DNA of 64,000 nt, from assembly GCA_965644295.1 (NCBI GenBank), contig CBFFRP010000428.1, forward strand, positions 62,001 through 126,000, written 5' to 3'. The position numbers and the translations under genes are program-made. Under the pieces are notes generated by a model. It was not told where the DNA came from. It searched no databases and was given only the letters and a program-made list of their open reading frames with translations. The stretch comes from Paraphysomonas bandaiensis. Lineage: Eukaryota; Protista; Chrysophyceae. Positions 1-12,837 of this stretch are shown here, piece after piece (position 1 is the stretch's first letter; the number at the start of each line of letters is the position of its first letter).

Positions 1-911
1 ACCAAGTAGCTCCAAGGGAGAGGGTGTGAGTAAGCTGCTATGGGTAGCAATTCATTCCGGCAAGATGTTTGTGTTGGCGGGCATATATCTGGTCATGAAC
101 GTGCTGTCGTTTGTCTCTCTTCAGTATATAGGCGCAGGTATGTATATGGTATATATATATGTGCGTTTATCTCATATCCCGCTGTCACACTGCTTCAGGA
201 GAATTCACTGTTTGCGCCCAATTAAAGATATTAACCACTGCGAGTTTCTCTGTGATTATAATGGGAACGAAGCTGTCAGAGACAAAGTGGCGAGCTTTGG
301 CACTCTTAGTCGTTGGGTGTATTTTGGTTGCTATACCTGGTACTGGACTGAGTAAGGAAGGAATAGAAGGGGGGGCTGTTATGACACCGTCATTCGTGGT
401 CGGGTATGGAGCAGTCTTGATGGAAGTAGTTTTGAGCGGATTTGCCTCTATATATTTTGAGAAGGTTGTGAAAAGCACTACTGAGGTTGTTACCATATGG
501 GAACGTAATTTCCAGCTGTCAATTTATAGCATCCTCATATATGGTGGTCTCCTTCAATTCCAGGATCTGCCTGCTGGCTCTGCAGGCTCTTGGTCGGGTT
601 GGAATATGATTACTTTTGTAGTGGCTGCTCTGGGTGCTTTGGGAGGACTTCTCGTGGCTGCCTCCCTCAAGTACGCGGACTCGATACTTAAAACTTTAGC
701 TACGGCAGGAGCCATCATTATCGCCACATTTTGTGGCCATTTTCTCCTGGGAAGTCCACTCACGCATGATGTTGTGCTCGGAGCGTGTGTTACCATAATC
801 GCAATCTTAAACTATACGAAAGATCAGGAAGTTCAGCCCCTAAGTTCTAATCAAGTGTATTCAACTGACGACACTCAATCAAAGTTAGGAAGTGCGTCAT
901 CTCAAGTATAA
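1..911 (+). CDS. Nucleotide-sugar transporter (SLC35A-like), 5' end outside window; one intron at about 138-198
   Basis: Multi-TM protein with AQLKILTTA, LSGFASIYFEKVVK, WERNFQL and LKYADSILK motifs typical of SLC35A/CMP-sialic acid/UDP-Gal transporters; GT..AG intron joins the two ORFs. Confidence 0.9.
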
Positions 912-1602
912 TTATACGAGGAAGGTTGTTCGCCCAGCGCGTTTTTTTGTTTAGCGGCATTGGGAGAAGTTTGGCTACCCTGGTTTTGCTATATTGGGTA
1001 ACCATTTATAAGGAATGGTCGTTTGTTGGCAACTAATCAAGCCCAAGATTCAATCAACACGGCCTGTAGAATTATTTGGTCAAGTACGAGTTTGAAACGG
1101 AGACCAGAATAGTCGTGTGTCCTGTGTTTTTTGCAGTCAAGTGTTTATTTTCTTCGATGTAAAACTTATCCAGATACTTGTTTTACTTTTCATCTGTGCA
1201 TCGATGATCATTAAGCTCACTAGTACGGGCCGTTGGAATATTTCGACGATATAGTTGTATATAATTCGCCTTCAGTCTTTTATATTATTATAATCATATC
1301 GTACAGGTTCACAGGTTCTGCTTCAGAAAATTTCATTATAGAAAATTTGACGTAATCTACAGTACTATCTTCGAGAACCATACGTATTCCAACATAGTAG
1401 AGAGATCTAGAAAGTATATATGGTCTACGTTCTACATAGATTAGTAGCGCATATGAAAGTTAATAGAAGAGTAACTTTAAAAAAAACAGAACCACTTGAT
1501 TAATATGCGAATTATTATTAACCCGACTTTGTGCCCCAAGCTTAACTCGTTTCAATGTTATCAACAAATCACGCTCTTCTGCACTTTATAGCAAGAAAAA
1601 CT

Positions 1603-3292
1603 TTATTTCTTCTGGTTCTCCATACCTCCAACCATATTTTCAGGAACCACAAACCTGTCAAATTCCTCTTCAGTTAACATTTCCAGGTCGAGAGCAGCCT
1701 GTTTGAGGGATGTGCCCTCCTTGTGCGCCTTTTGAGCTATGGAAGCCGCCTTATAATATCCGATGTGTGTATTGAGAGCCGTCACCAGCATCAGACTTTG
1801 GTTTAAGTGCTGGGAAATACGCCCTGTGTCAGCAGTGATTCCTACCACACACTTGTCTGTGAAACTCGCGCAGGCGTCCCCTAGAAGTCCCGCACTTGTG
1901 AGCACATTGTAGGCCATCATAGGGGTGAAGACGTTGAGTTGAAACTGACCATGGGTGCCACCTACGGCGACTGCAGCATCGTTCCCAATCACCTGAGCAC
2001 ATACCATGGTCAGGGCCTCACACTGTGTGGGATTAACTTTTCCAGGCATGATAGAACTTCCTGGTTCATTGGCGGGAAGGCAAATTTCCCCAACGCCACA
2101 TCGCGGACCACTGGCCAAACTACAAAACACAATGATATGTTTCATCAGAGTTAACAGAAGCCAGAGAAATATACTTACAGGCGAATATTATTCCCGATAT
2201 GCATGAGGCTCACTGCCAATCGCCTAAGGGCTCCACTGACCTCCACCATTGCGTCGTGAGCACTTAAGCACTCAAACTTATTCTCTGCAGTCACAAAAGG
2301 TAGGCCAGTAATACTGGCGATTTCCTTGGCCACACGCTCCGCATACCCTGGAGGTGTGTTAAGGCCCGTGCCCACTGCAGTGCCCCCCAGTGCTAATTCC
2401 GCTACACGAACGAGAGCATCCTGCAAACACTGCAGCCCCCGTTGCAGCTGGACCACGTATCCACTGAATTCCTGCCCCAGAGTCAGAGGAGTCGCATCCA
2501 TCAAGTGCGTACGCCCTATCTTAACAATAGACGAAAACTCGTCGCTTTTGAACTGTAAAGATTCCTTCAGTCGGCGCACCTGCGGGACAGTTTCCTTCAC
2601 AATCTTCATATACACCGCAATATGCATCGCCGTGGGAAATGTGTCATTCGAGCTCTGACTCATGTTGACGTCGTCGTTGGCACTCACCAGTTTTTCACTT
2701 CGGAAGTTTCCACCAAGAATTTCAGTGGCTCGGTTGGCGATTACCTCATTGACGTTCATGTTGCTCTGGGTACCAGATCCAGTTTGCCAAACGACCAGAG
2801 GAAACTGGTCATCGTGCTTTCCGGATAAAATCTCATCACATACAGAGCCTATTGCCTCAGCCTTTTCTCTAGAAAACCCCGCAAGCTCCACATTAGTAAC
2901 TGCTGCAGCTTTCTTGAGGATAGCGAATCCTCTGATGACGTCCATAGGCATCCGCTGAGATCCTATCTTGAAATTCTCTGTAATACATACACCATTAGAC
3001 ACCCATCATACACATATATATGCATATCATCAGTCATACCATAGCTCCTCTGGGTCTGAGCCCCCCAGTACTTCTCATCGGGTACATTTATCTCCCCCAT
3101 AGTGTCCTTCTCCACTCTATGAGCACATGAATTGCCAGAGTCCGCACTCATGCTCATGGAACTGATTATGATATATGGATACTTAAACGATGACGACAGG
3201 CTGGTCACTGAGAGAGAGGAGAGTATGTGGGAGCACAGAGGTGGACGGAGGGAGGATAGAATGTATCTGGATCTACACAGACTGGCGTGCAT
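1603..3292 (-). CDS. FH: Class II fumarate hydratase with probable mitochondrial presequence; 3 exons
   Basis: [45 protein letters not shown] and signature [15 protein letters not shown]; Ser/Arg-rich N-terminal extension; two GT-AG introns. Confidence 0.96.
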
Positions 3293-3468
3293 ATATATAT
3301 GCTTCAGGCTTCAGATTAATGACTGCAACATCACCCCATACAACACAGACATATACATACGTATACGTATACATATACAGCACATAAAACAGAATACAGA
3401 ATACCAATACAAACATCAACAGCGTCAACATCACCAAGCCTATCCAGAGAATACATACAGAGTACAGC

Positions 3469-4765
3469 TATGTATGTATGTATGTATGTATGTATGTATG
3501 TATGTATGTATGTATGTATGTATGTATGTATGTATGTATGTATGTATGTATGTATGTATGTATGTATGTATGTATGTATGTATGTATGTATGTATGTATG
3601 TATGTATGTATGTATGTATGTATGTATGTATGTATGTATGTATGTATGTATGTATGTATGTATGTATGTATGTATGTATGTATGTATGTATGTATGTATG
3701 TATGTATGTATGTATGTATGTATGTATGTATGTATGTATGTATGTATGTATGTATGTATGTATGTATGTATGTATGTATGTATGTATGTATGTATGTATG
3801 TATGTATGTATGTATGTATGTATGTATGTATGTATGTATGTATGTATGTATGTATGTATGTATGTATGTATGTATGTATGTATGTATGTATGTATGTATG
3901 TATGTATGTATGTATGTATGTATGTATGTATGTATGTATGTATGTATGTATGTATGTATGTATGTATGTATGTATGTATGTATGTATGTATGTATGTATG
4001 TATGTATGTATGTATGTATGTATGTATGTATGTATGTATGTATGTATGTATGTATGTATGTATGTATGTATGTATGTATGTATGTATGTATGTATGTATG
4101 TATGTATGTATTGTATGTATGTATGTATGTATGTATGTATGTATGTATGTATGTATGTATGTATGTATGTATGTATGTATGTATGTATGTATGTATGTAT
4201 GTATGTATGTATGTATGTATGTATGTATGTATGTATGTATGTATGTATGTATGTATGTATGTATGTATGTATGTATGTATGTATGTATGTATGTATGTAT
4301 GTATGTATGTATGTATGTATGTATGTATGTATGTATGTATGTATGTATGTATGTATGTATGTATGTATGTATGTATGTATGTATGTATGTATGTATGTAT
4401 GTATGTATGGTGGTATGTGTGTTTTTTTGTTTGTATGTATGTTCGTATGTATGTATGTATGTATGTATGTATGTATGTATGTATGTATGTATGTATGTAT
4501 GTATGTATGTATGTATGTATGTATGTATGTATGTATGTATGTATGTATGTATGTATGTATGTATGTATGTATGTATGTATGTATGTATGTATGTATGTAT
4601 GTATGTATGTATGTATGTATGTATGTATGTATGTATGTATGTATGTATGTATGTATGTATGTATGTATGTATGTATGTATGTATGTATGTATGTATGTAT
4701 GTATGTATGTATGTATGTATGTATGTATGTATGTATGTATGTATGTATGTATGTATGTATGTATG
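3469..4765. repeat. (TATG)n microsatellite, about 1.3 kb, between divergent FH and LSM4
   Basis: Directly visible near-perfect tetranucleotide array; the MYVC ORFs are artefacts of it. Confidence 0.99.
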
Positions 4766-4845
4766 TGTGTATGTTTATTGTGTTGTTTTCTATTACTGAT
4801 GAGTTAATATCGCTGTCACCGTGTACTAGGAAATATCTGCATCAA

Positions 4846-5513
4846 ATGGTACTGAAATGTTTCTAGGTTTCTCGTGACTTATTTTCTTTTCAGCTACCTC
4901 TCTCTCTTCTTAAAACTGCCGAGGGGCATCCGATGCTGATCGAGCTGAAGAACGGAGACACATACAACGGACGGCTTGTTAGCTGCAATATATTTATGAA
5001 TATATGTCTGCGGGATGTAATTTGTACCTCTAAGGTACGCGTATTGTTGTGTGAGGGCTGTGTGTGATGTTAGTTGCAGGACGGAGACAGATTTTGGAAG
5101 ATGCCTGAGTGCTATATTCGGGGCAATAGCATAAAATATCTACGTATTCCTGATGAAGTAATATCAATGGTTGCAGAAGAGGAGGAGCAGAAAGAACGTA
5201 CGCTCCTTATAAATGTAATTCAGTTTGGTCTGATTCTCTCTATTCGTGGTATATAATAGGAAAGATGAGTTCTCGAGGTCGTGGAGGGCGTGGAACCGGT
5301 GGGAGACTGTCGTCACGAGGTGGAGTATCTAACGCTGACGGAGGTCGAGGTATGGGTGGAAGGGACGGTAGGGGGCGTGGAAGAGGAGGAAGAGGAGACG
5401 GCGGACGCGGGCGAGGGAGAGGTATATATTAGTCTTGTAATGTATATCTAGTGTCATTCTAGCCTTCAGGGCGAGGACATCATGGTGCACCTCCTGGACC
5501 TCCGACGCTATAA
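4846..5513 (+). CDS. LSM4: U6 snRNA-associated Sm-like protein LSm4, spliced (ATG-only first exon)
   Basis: Spliced translation M|[31 protein letters not shown]...|[28 protein letters not shown] followed by an RGG-rich tail. Confidence 0.95.
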
Positions 5514-6089
5514 CAACGATAGAGCTCTTAGTGTCATGGATTGTCGTTATGTCATGCATGTCAATTTGTTGGCGTGAATGTGAAATCGGTGTGAAGCTGG
5601 AGATAGCATCATCTAGGCATATTAGCCATTAGTCGGTTGGGGCTGCATGAAGAAATAGTCATTACATAGTCGTGATATGAATTCACCATATTTAAGAGTT
5701 ATAAGATGCCGTTAAATATTAATGCCCTCTTTCAGTGTTGGATGTCTAGACACACTGTACGTATGGCTTTTATATAAGCTATGTGTCAAGCTGCAACCTG
5801 CTACAAGTGTTCTCAGTTCTCAGACACCTGAACTACATTGATGAGTTGAAAATAGTGCGAAGCAATTTTACTTTTAAACTAAACGGTTAAACTAAATGGA
5901 TTATATTGTAGCTAAAATGGGAGGGCTTTTGAATCACTTGACATGCATCGTCATCATTTTAAAATTTAGACTATTAGAAGGAGGATAGGGTCGATGTGCC
6001 ATGATTCGACGAGAACAATATCGAACAATAGGTTGAAGGCTTTGATACGTTACTTATGCGAAAAGGAAAATGTGAGGTTGCGCTGGAGA

Positions 6090-6410
6090 GGCCACCAAAG
6101 GAGGACTTCGGGATTCCACGATTCCACTACTGAACAAAATTTAGAACTAAATCGTTCACAAGCAAGATGTGTTGAGTTCTGCTATTTGAGAGCAATTGAA
6201 AGCTGTAGTTCAGTGACATTTGACTTATGACTGTTAATGAAAGAATACAGAAGTGGTTAACTGTATTATGAGAATCGCTTCACTGCCTTCCTGCAGAATA
6301 AATAAGCTATCGCGTTGGCCTTTCAGTATTCTTTTCCAGCTTGCTTGAACAATTTGGTCTCAATCTTGTACAAGTGTGGAATCCCGAAGTCCTCCTCCTT
6401 TGGTGACCTG
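6090..6410. repeat. Roughly 30-bp inverted repeat pair enclosing a diverged fragment of the Copia LTR
   Basis: CACCAAAGGAGGACTTCGGGATTCCAC (about 6094-6119) vs GTGGAATCCCGAAGTCCTCCTCCTTTGGTG (about 6376-6405); 6170-6275 aligns by eye to the LTR start at 47996. Confidence 0.6.
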
Positions 6411-6844
6411 TGTTGGAATACGTATGTTTCTCCGTTTCTTTAAGATAGAAATGTGGAATGTGGAATATGGAATATGTTATATATTAAATACAATGTGCAA
6501 AACAGTAATACGCTTTACATGACAACGTACAGTTGTCTATGCAGTAATCACCATCTATCAAGTCTAAACCAACAAACTTTTTTTTAACGATCCAAACAAA
6601 CAAAAAGTTAAAACGCCAACAGCCTGTCCAGCGAAAAAACCTCACTCTGTTCCTTTCGAATAAGAAACGTCGCAAAGTCTTCAAGTCATTGTTCCACATT
6701 GTTCTTATCGACTTATCGAACCATGGCAAATCGGCTCTATCCGTCCTCTCTCCTCCGAAGCCGTTACCATATTGGCTTTTTTACATTTTGCTGCATTAGA
6801 TCGTTATAGAAGAGTTATGTTGCTAGATGCTAGATGCTAGACTA

Positions 6845-7280
6845 TATTTAAAGTCTTATTGTTAGCAATAGGCGTTAAAAACATGCACCAACTTAGTAGC
6901 TAGATGAATGCTAGACAAACTAGTTAGACCTCTCTACCTGTAACTAATCAGTACACACTTTTCTTATCTTACTATTTAACGCTACCGAAGCTGCTTGTGC
7001 GTCGCCGTAAGCACCAAGGTGCAACCACTTCCTCCGGATGCCCTTGTTGAGGTGGGCCCATTCCCGGATGCATGTTTATTCGTCAGGGCCCAAAGACGTC
7101 TACACAAGTGACACTTATTGGTGTCCCTTGCACCACACAAGCATTCGGCTATGAGCTATGAGTGGGCAGAAGAATATCTGCTGACTATGTTTGCGGCTCA
7201 CGTTAGTTTCCCAGATAATCTCTCTGGTACTTATCCCCCAGAACACCACGAAAAGGTGCGAGTCTGACTTTGTTGAGGGG
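6845..7280 (-). mobile_element. SINE-like non-autonomous element, copy A, 12-bp TSD GATGCTAGACTA
   Basis: TSD at 6833-6844 and 7281-7292; colinear with copies at 21870, 37420 and 62039; no ORF, no TIRs. Strand inferred from the structured head. Confidence 0.8.
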
Positions 7281-7588
7281 GATGCTAGACTAGATAGCCT
7301 AGATAGTAGATACTAGATTATTATTATTGCACAGGCATGTAAAGCATATCAACAACTGTCACCTTTTATTTCTGTCATGTCAACCACTGATCAACATCTG
7401 TATGATACTTATTACAGTATTTAACGTATTAACACTTCTGGTTTATATCCTCTTTTAGCTTTCAGTATATAGAGTACGTTATTAACAGGATCAATACAAT
7501 TCATCGTGCTATGCCCAAAACGATTGTGTTAGCAGGAAGTAGGCAGCATGATTAAAAATCAGAATTTCGTAACAGACTATTGTAAGCA

Positions 7589-8851
7589 TCAGCGTATAGC
7601 AAAGACTCTAGTATTATACATTGAGCTTAACTCAGTAGTATCTCCAGCCTCCAGTCCATCCATAACAATTACTCTACTTTCGAAATAAGTACAAGTTAAC
7701 TAATGTGAACTACGTGTATACCTGCAAAACATGGGTTTATTCAGGCTGTGAGCAACCGCCCCAACGTCTAAATAAAGCCCACAGAGTTCGTGTGTAGTGG
7801 TACCCCCTGGTAAAGGGACGGAATCAATACCAACTGCTCCAGCAGAGGAGCAGGCCAGTGCGTCGCCGAGTGTGAGCGCGGGAGTCTCTTCTCCAGCCCT
7901 ATCAGCCAGCACCACGTCTTCCATGACTGGAAGGAAGAGTCCACCGAGTCCACAAAGTCTCAGATCTGTAGAATGAAGAGAAGAAATTGCACGGGACACG
8001 GTTGCTACACTGGCAAGAAACCCTTTCGCTCCTGTCCTGTGTGGGTACAATTCCTCCAGTCCCTTTCCGACGCTGTCATACAACTCGCGCCCAGGATGCA
8101 TGGACGGATCTATACCGCCATAGATCACACCACAAGAAGCACACGCCTCAGAGATTGCATCCTCTAGAGGGCGAAGCATCTGGAGGTATGCACTTTCAAG
8201 GTTGCTAGAAGCCGCAGTCAAGTCGGTTACTCCGTGAAAAGCAAGGAAGAGAAGATCTCCACATTCCAATCCCACAGACACTATTGGACCATTCCCTCGT
8301 ACATGATATGAAGTTGGTGGAAATGGACAATTTGGTTGACAATTAAAAGTGGCACAAAACTGGTAACTGTGCAGGTTCTCTTTACCAATTCTAGAAAGCT
8401 GAATGACAGTGTCTGCAGCAGCTTGCGCAAAAGATTGTTCAACCAGTTCTCCAGATTTCATGAGGGAAACATTTGAGTAAAAACGTGAGGAAACTTTTAG
8501 TAAATTCGGGATTAGTTTCAATGCAGGTAGAGTTGCAGGGCAGTTAAAAGTGCAGCAGTCGATATCATATTTCTCCAGCACAGTGTCCAGCACACCCAAA
8601 ACAAGAACAGACAGCTCCTCATCATACACGCCGTTAACAATAGGGAGCCACTCATCAAAACTATCCAGAACCAAATTCCTGGACGGAAAATTGTATCCGT
8701 GAGTGATATTGAGCTCCCTCGCTACGAACTGAAGAGCTACCGCCACTCGCTCAATCTGTCCACTCAACAGACGGAACAGACACTCCTCAGAAGCATCAGA
8801 ACCATAATTCACAGATAAACTCAACCCACATGACACTACCCTCACCTTCAT
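7589..8851 (-). CDS. DUF711 / UPF0210 (PFL-like fold) family protein, 2 exons
   Basis: GLGGLFLPVMEDVVLADR, CSSAGAVGIDSVPLPG and LNKPMFCR resemble the DUF711 C-terminal motifs; GT-AG intron at about 7675-7721. Confidence 0.75.
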
Positions 8852-8975
8852 TGGAGGTCTGATATATATATAAGACACTATGCACGACAATGATGATGGC
8901 TACACATACGCCCAGCCAAATGCTACGAAGTAGTATGGATAGTACACATAGATATACAGCAGTGTACAGTGCACG

Positions 8976-9022
8976 TATGTATGTATGTATGTATGTATGT
9001 ATGTATGTATGTATGTATGTAG

Positions 9023-9053
<31 letters not shown>

Positions 9054-9326
9054 TGTATGTATGTATGTATGTATGTATGTATGTATGTATGTATGTATGT
9101 ATGTATGTATGTATGTATGTATGTATGTATGTATGTATGTATGTATGTATGTATGTATGTATGTATGTATGTATGTATGTATGTATGTATGTATGTATGT
9201 ATGTATGTATGTATGTATGTATGTATGTATGTATGTATGTATGTATGTATGTATGTATGTATGTATGTATGTATGTATGTATGTATGTATGTATGTATGT
9301 ATGTATGTATGTATGTATGTATGTAG

Positions 9327-9357
<31 letters not shown>

Positions 9358-9594
9358 TGTATGTATGTATGTATGTATGTATGTATGTATGTATGTATGT
9401 ATGTATGTATGTATGTATGTATGTATGTATGTATGTATGTATGTATGTATGTATGTATGTATGTATGTATGTATGTATGTATGTATGTATGTATGTATGT
9501 ATGTATGTATGTATGTATGTATGTATGTATGTATGTATGTATGTATGTATGTATGTATGTATGTATGTATGTATGTATGTATGTATGTATGTAG

Positions 9595-9625
<31 letters not shown>

Positions 9626-9882
9626 TGTATGTATGTATGTATGTATGTATGTATGTATGTATGTATGTATGTATGTATGTATGTATGTATGTATGTATGT
9701 ATGTATGTATGTATGTATGTATGTATGTATGTATGTACATGTATGTATGTATGTATGTATGTATGTATGTATGTATGTATGTATGTATGTATGTATGTAT
9801 GTATGTATGTATGTATGTATGTATGTATGTATGTATGTATGTATGTATGTATGTATGTATGTATGTATGTATGTAGATATGT
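8976..9882. repeat. (TATG)n microsatellite, about 0.9 kb, between divergent DUF711 and amino-acid transporter genes
   Basis: Directly visible; TAGA variant units near 9021, 9325, 9593 and 9875. Confidence 0.99.
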
Positions 9883-9949
9883 TAAGTATATTGGTGTTTG
9901 CGGGGATGGAAGTGAGTCGAAGTGTGTGTATGGCGTGATATCAGGTGAA

Positions 9950-12484
9950 ATGATGTCTTCCTCTGTCCCTCCGGCGGTGTCTACGGAGACGGATTATCGC
10001 AGTGCTCTTAATCTTAATGATGAGGAGGTGGGCTGCGTTTGCAGTATTCATATGCTGCACTGTACTGTATTTTATTATACTGTGCTGTGCTGTGCTGTGT
10101 GTATGCCCTTGTATGGCATGTGGACGTATGTATGCGCACTGCTCATATCTTTTTTCAGAACGAGGAGTTCGAGGTGCTCGTGCAGACATATATGCGAGAC
10201 ATGCACTACACCTCCATCAGTCAGGCGGGGTTTAATCTTGCCTATTCGGCCATAAATGTCGGACTCGTGGGACTTCCCTTTGTTGCTTATGAAGCCGGAG
10301 TCCCTCTGTTTGCTTGCTTCGTCCTGTGCTTTGCTCTGGTGTCCATTTACACCACCTGTATTCTCATCGAAATGGCACAAGATGTTAAAGCACGGTCACT
10401 GGAGGAGTTGGGAGAGAAAGCATTCGGTCCTAGGGGGTATTTCTTCACTTGTGCAATTCAAGTCTTTTTCTCCGTTCTTTTGATATGCATGTGAGTAATG
10501 CCTTCTTATATGACTACTGGAATTGATTTCTGTTTCAGCACATTAAATGTATGGGGAGATATCGTGCCAGAGTTGATGCGTCGAGTAATTGGCGGCCACT
10601 TGGGAGACGAGGGTTTTCTTTACTTCGCCCTGACTAACCGCAAGTCTGTAATCATTCTTGGGTCCTTGGTAGTGCTACCTGTTTGCTTTGTGCGGTCTCT
10701 TGTACGACTTTCATGGCCCTCATTGCTATCAGTTTGCGCAATTACAATAGCTGTCACTTTTGTAGTGATAGTGTTTTTCCGTGATGCGGTCTGCCTCAAT
10801 TGTGGATATGCGAACAAAACTATTACACCGCACCGCTTGTGGTGGTCCGCTCAAGCCGTGATCTGTTTTTGCTTCACCTTCCAACAGGTAAGTAGTACAC
10901 GTTACTCGTTCTGTGCTTTCAAGACGTTTTACCGCTGTTCACAGAAATTGTTTTTCGTATATAATTGTTTGAGGCGACGAAGCGTCAGTCGTATGCGTCC
11001 CGCTGTGGTAGGATCCCATACTCTGGTAGCGGCAATGTACCTCCTTTTTGGTGCCCTAGGTGCTATGAATGCTGCTTCCGAAGCTGACGATGATGGTGTA
11101 TCGATCAAATACAACTTTTTCTCAGATTATGAGAGTGTCAATGGGCCGCGTTTAGTATTCGACGTAACCAGGTGATGCACGAGTTAGTGCTATGGGTTTC
11201 ACTAATATGTGTGATGAAGGGCGGTGGTGGCCGTATCACTCTTATGTACGGTGCCAATGGATTGCTTGGTAGCAGTTACCTCGTGGCGCCGACTGCGTCG
11301 ACGATACGCCCGTTATCGTCGGTCTCTTAATTGGACAAGCGGAAACCCTGAAGATGAGGATGAAGGAGCGAGAGAGAGTCTCCTAGGAGGCGACGGGATA
11401 GTAGCAGAGGAGGGGGGAGATGTTGTCATATGTTGTGTGGAGATGACTTCCTTAACTCGGTGTCTGCGACCTAATGACGACGATGGAGATAGGTCAGTTG
11501 CAGATGACAGAATGCACAGTAGAGAGCCTCTTGATAAAGGTGCAGCCTGGGATGCCAAGACATCTGTCACTGCCAGTACAAGTACTGCAGCGAGCTCGGT
11601 TATGTATGCTCCAACTGGCTCCAGTCGACCTGCCTTACCTCCACGATCCCCCCATTCAAGGGCCCTAGCTCGGACCCGCACTGCTGATGGATGTGAGTCG
11701 CCATGTTCAACTCCTCGTGTATCCTTTAGAGGCCTCCCAAACACTGAGAGGGATATAGGACGGTCTGTTATAGGAGATGATACGGGAGACGACGACAGTA
11801 GGATAGAGGAATGGTCTCGTGCCCCTCCAGGATCTGGCTTGACATCTAATCACAGTTGTACATTTGGTAGGGACAGCGATAGTGTTATGTCGGGATACAG
11901 TTTCGGCAGTGGGAGTAATGCCGCGACTGTAGCTTGGGGTCGACAAGGGCAAGGACAGACCCGCCAGTCTTGGAGATCTACGCAGTTCTCCGAGCTGGAT
12001 GACAATGCGTCGCTACAGGACTCCGTCACAGATGCCTCCGAAGATGTGAGTGTCTGACTACTCTTTTATCAGTAGAAGCAGAATGACTTAACTTTCGTCT
12101 TCGTAGGGTTGGAGAGAAGCACAAGGGGGAATTGGGAATACTCCTGCTGTGCGTAGGCGTCTCCCCGACTTCTTCAGCCATGGTGTACCGGTTTTGGCCT
12201 TTTGGACGCTTGCTCTCTGTATTAGCCTTACTGAGGAGAACTGGATAATATGGGCTGTTGTTACTAGCACATTCATAACATCGACACTTGTGTTCTTCCT
12301 ACCATCCATGATATACTTTAGACTCGGCGTCAAGTCCGATTTCCAAAGTATTCCTTATTTTGGTAGTTGTTTACCAAATCGATTATATATGTTCATTGTA
12401 CAGTTGCTCGGAATATTGAGTGTGTTGGGTAATATCGCTGGCTGGGTTGTACTATCAATGACTAAAGACAAGGGACATATGTAG
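9950..12484 (+). CDS. Amino-acid transporter (AAAP / SLC38-like), multi-exon, with a long low-complexity loop
   Basis: SISQAGFNLAYSAINVGLVGLPF, SLEELGEKAFGPRG and LVFFLPSMIYFRL; multiple TM segments across spliced exons. Confidence 0.85.
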
Positions 12485-12705
12485 CTTCTTACTTATTCAG
12501 GATTACCGTATGCTGCTATGACATATATTTCTATTGTTGCTTTCATGTTAATGAAATATCTTATATAAGTAGGTCTCACCATTTCACCCCTGTCAATGAT
12601 ACAATCCGACTTTTTGCTCAATTACGATTAAGTTCGTCACTTTATCTACTTTTATCTCCTAAGCACGAACTTCTAATAAGAATATATGTTGTTATTGCTT
12701 TCAGA

Positions 12706-12837
12706 CAGGGCTTCGATTCAATTAATTGATTTTCAGTTCATTGCTATAACTGAAAATGAGTCAGCAAATAGTAATTGTTATAGTTATTCACTACACCCAG
12801 CTTCAATTAATTAACAATAAATTGGTACACAGCCCTA
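12706..12837. mobile_element. Possible degenerate hAT-like MITE
   Basis: CAGGGCT...AGCCCTA ends with imperfect inverted repeats; flanking 8-mers CTTTCAGA / ATTTCTGA match at 6 of 8 positions. Confidence 0.3.

Noticed and set aside
3132-4866. Long MYVC/HTYI ORFs (also at 8.8-10.2 kb and 17.1-17.9 kb)
   Set aside because: (TATG)n has no stop codon in any frame, so these ORFs are repeat artefacts.
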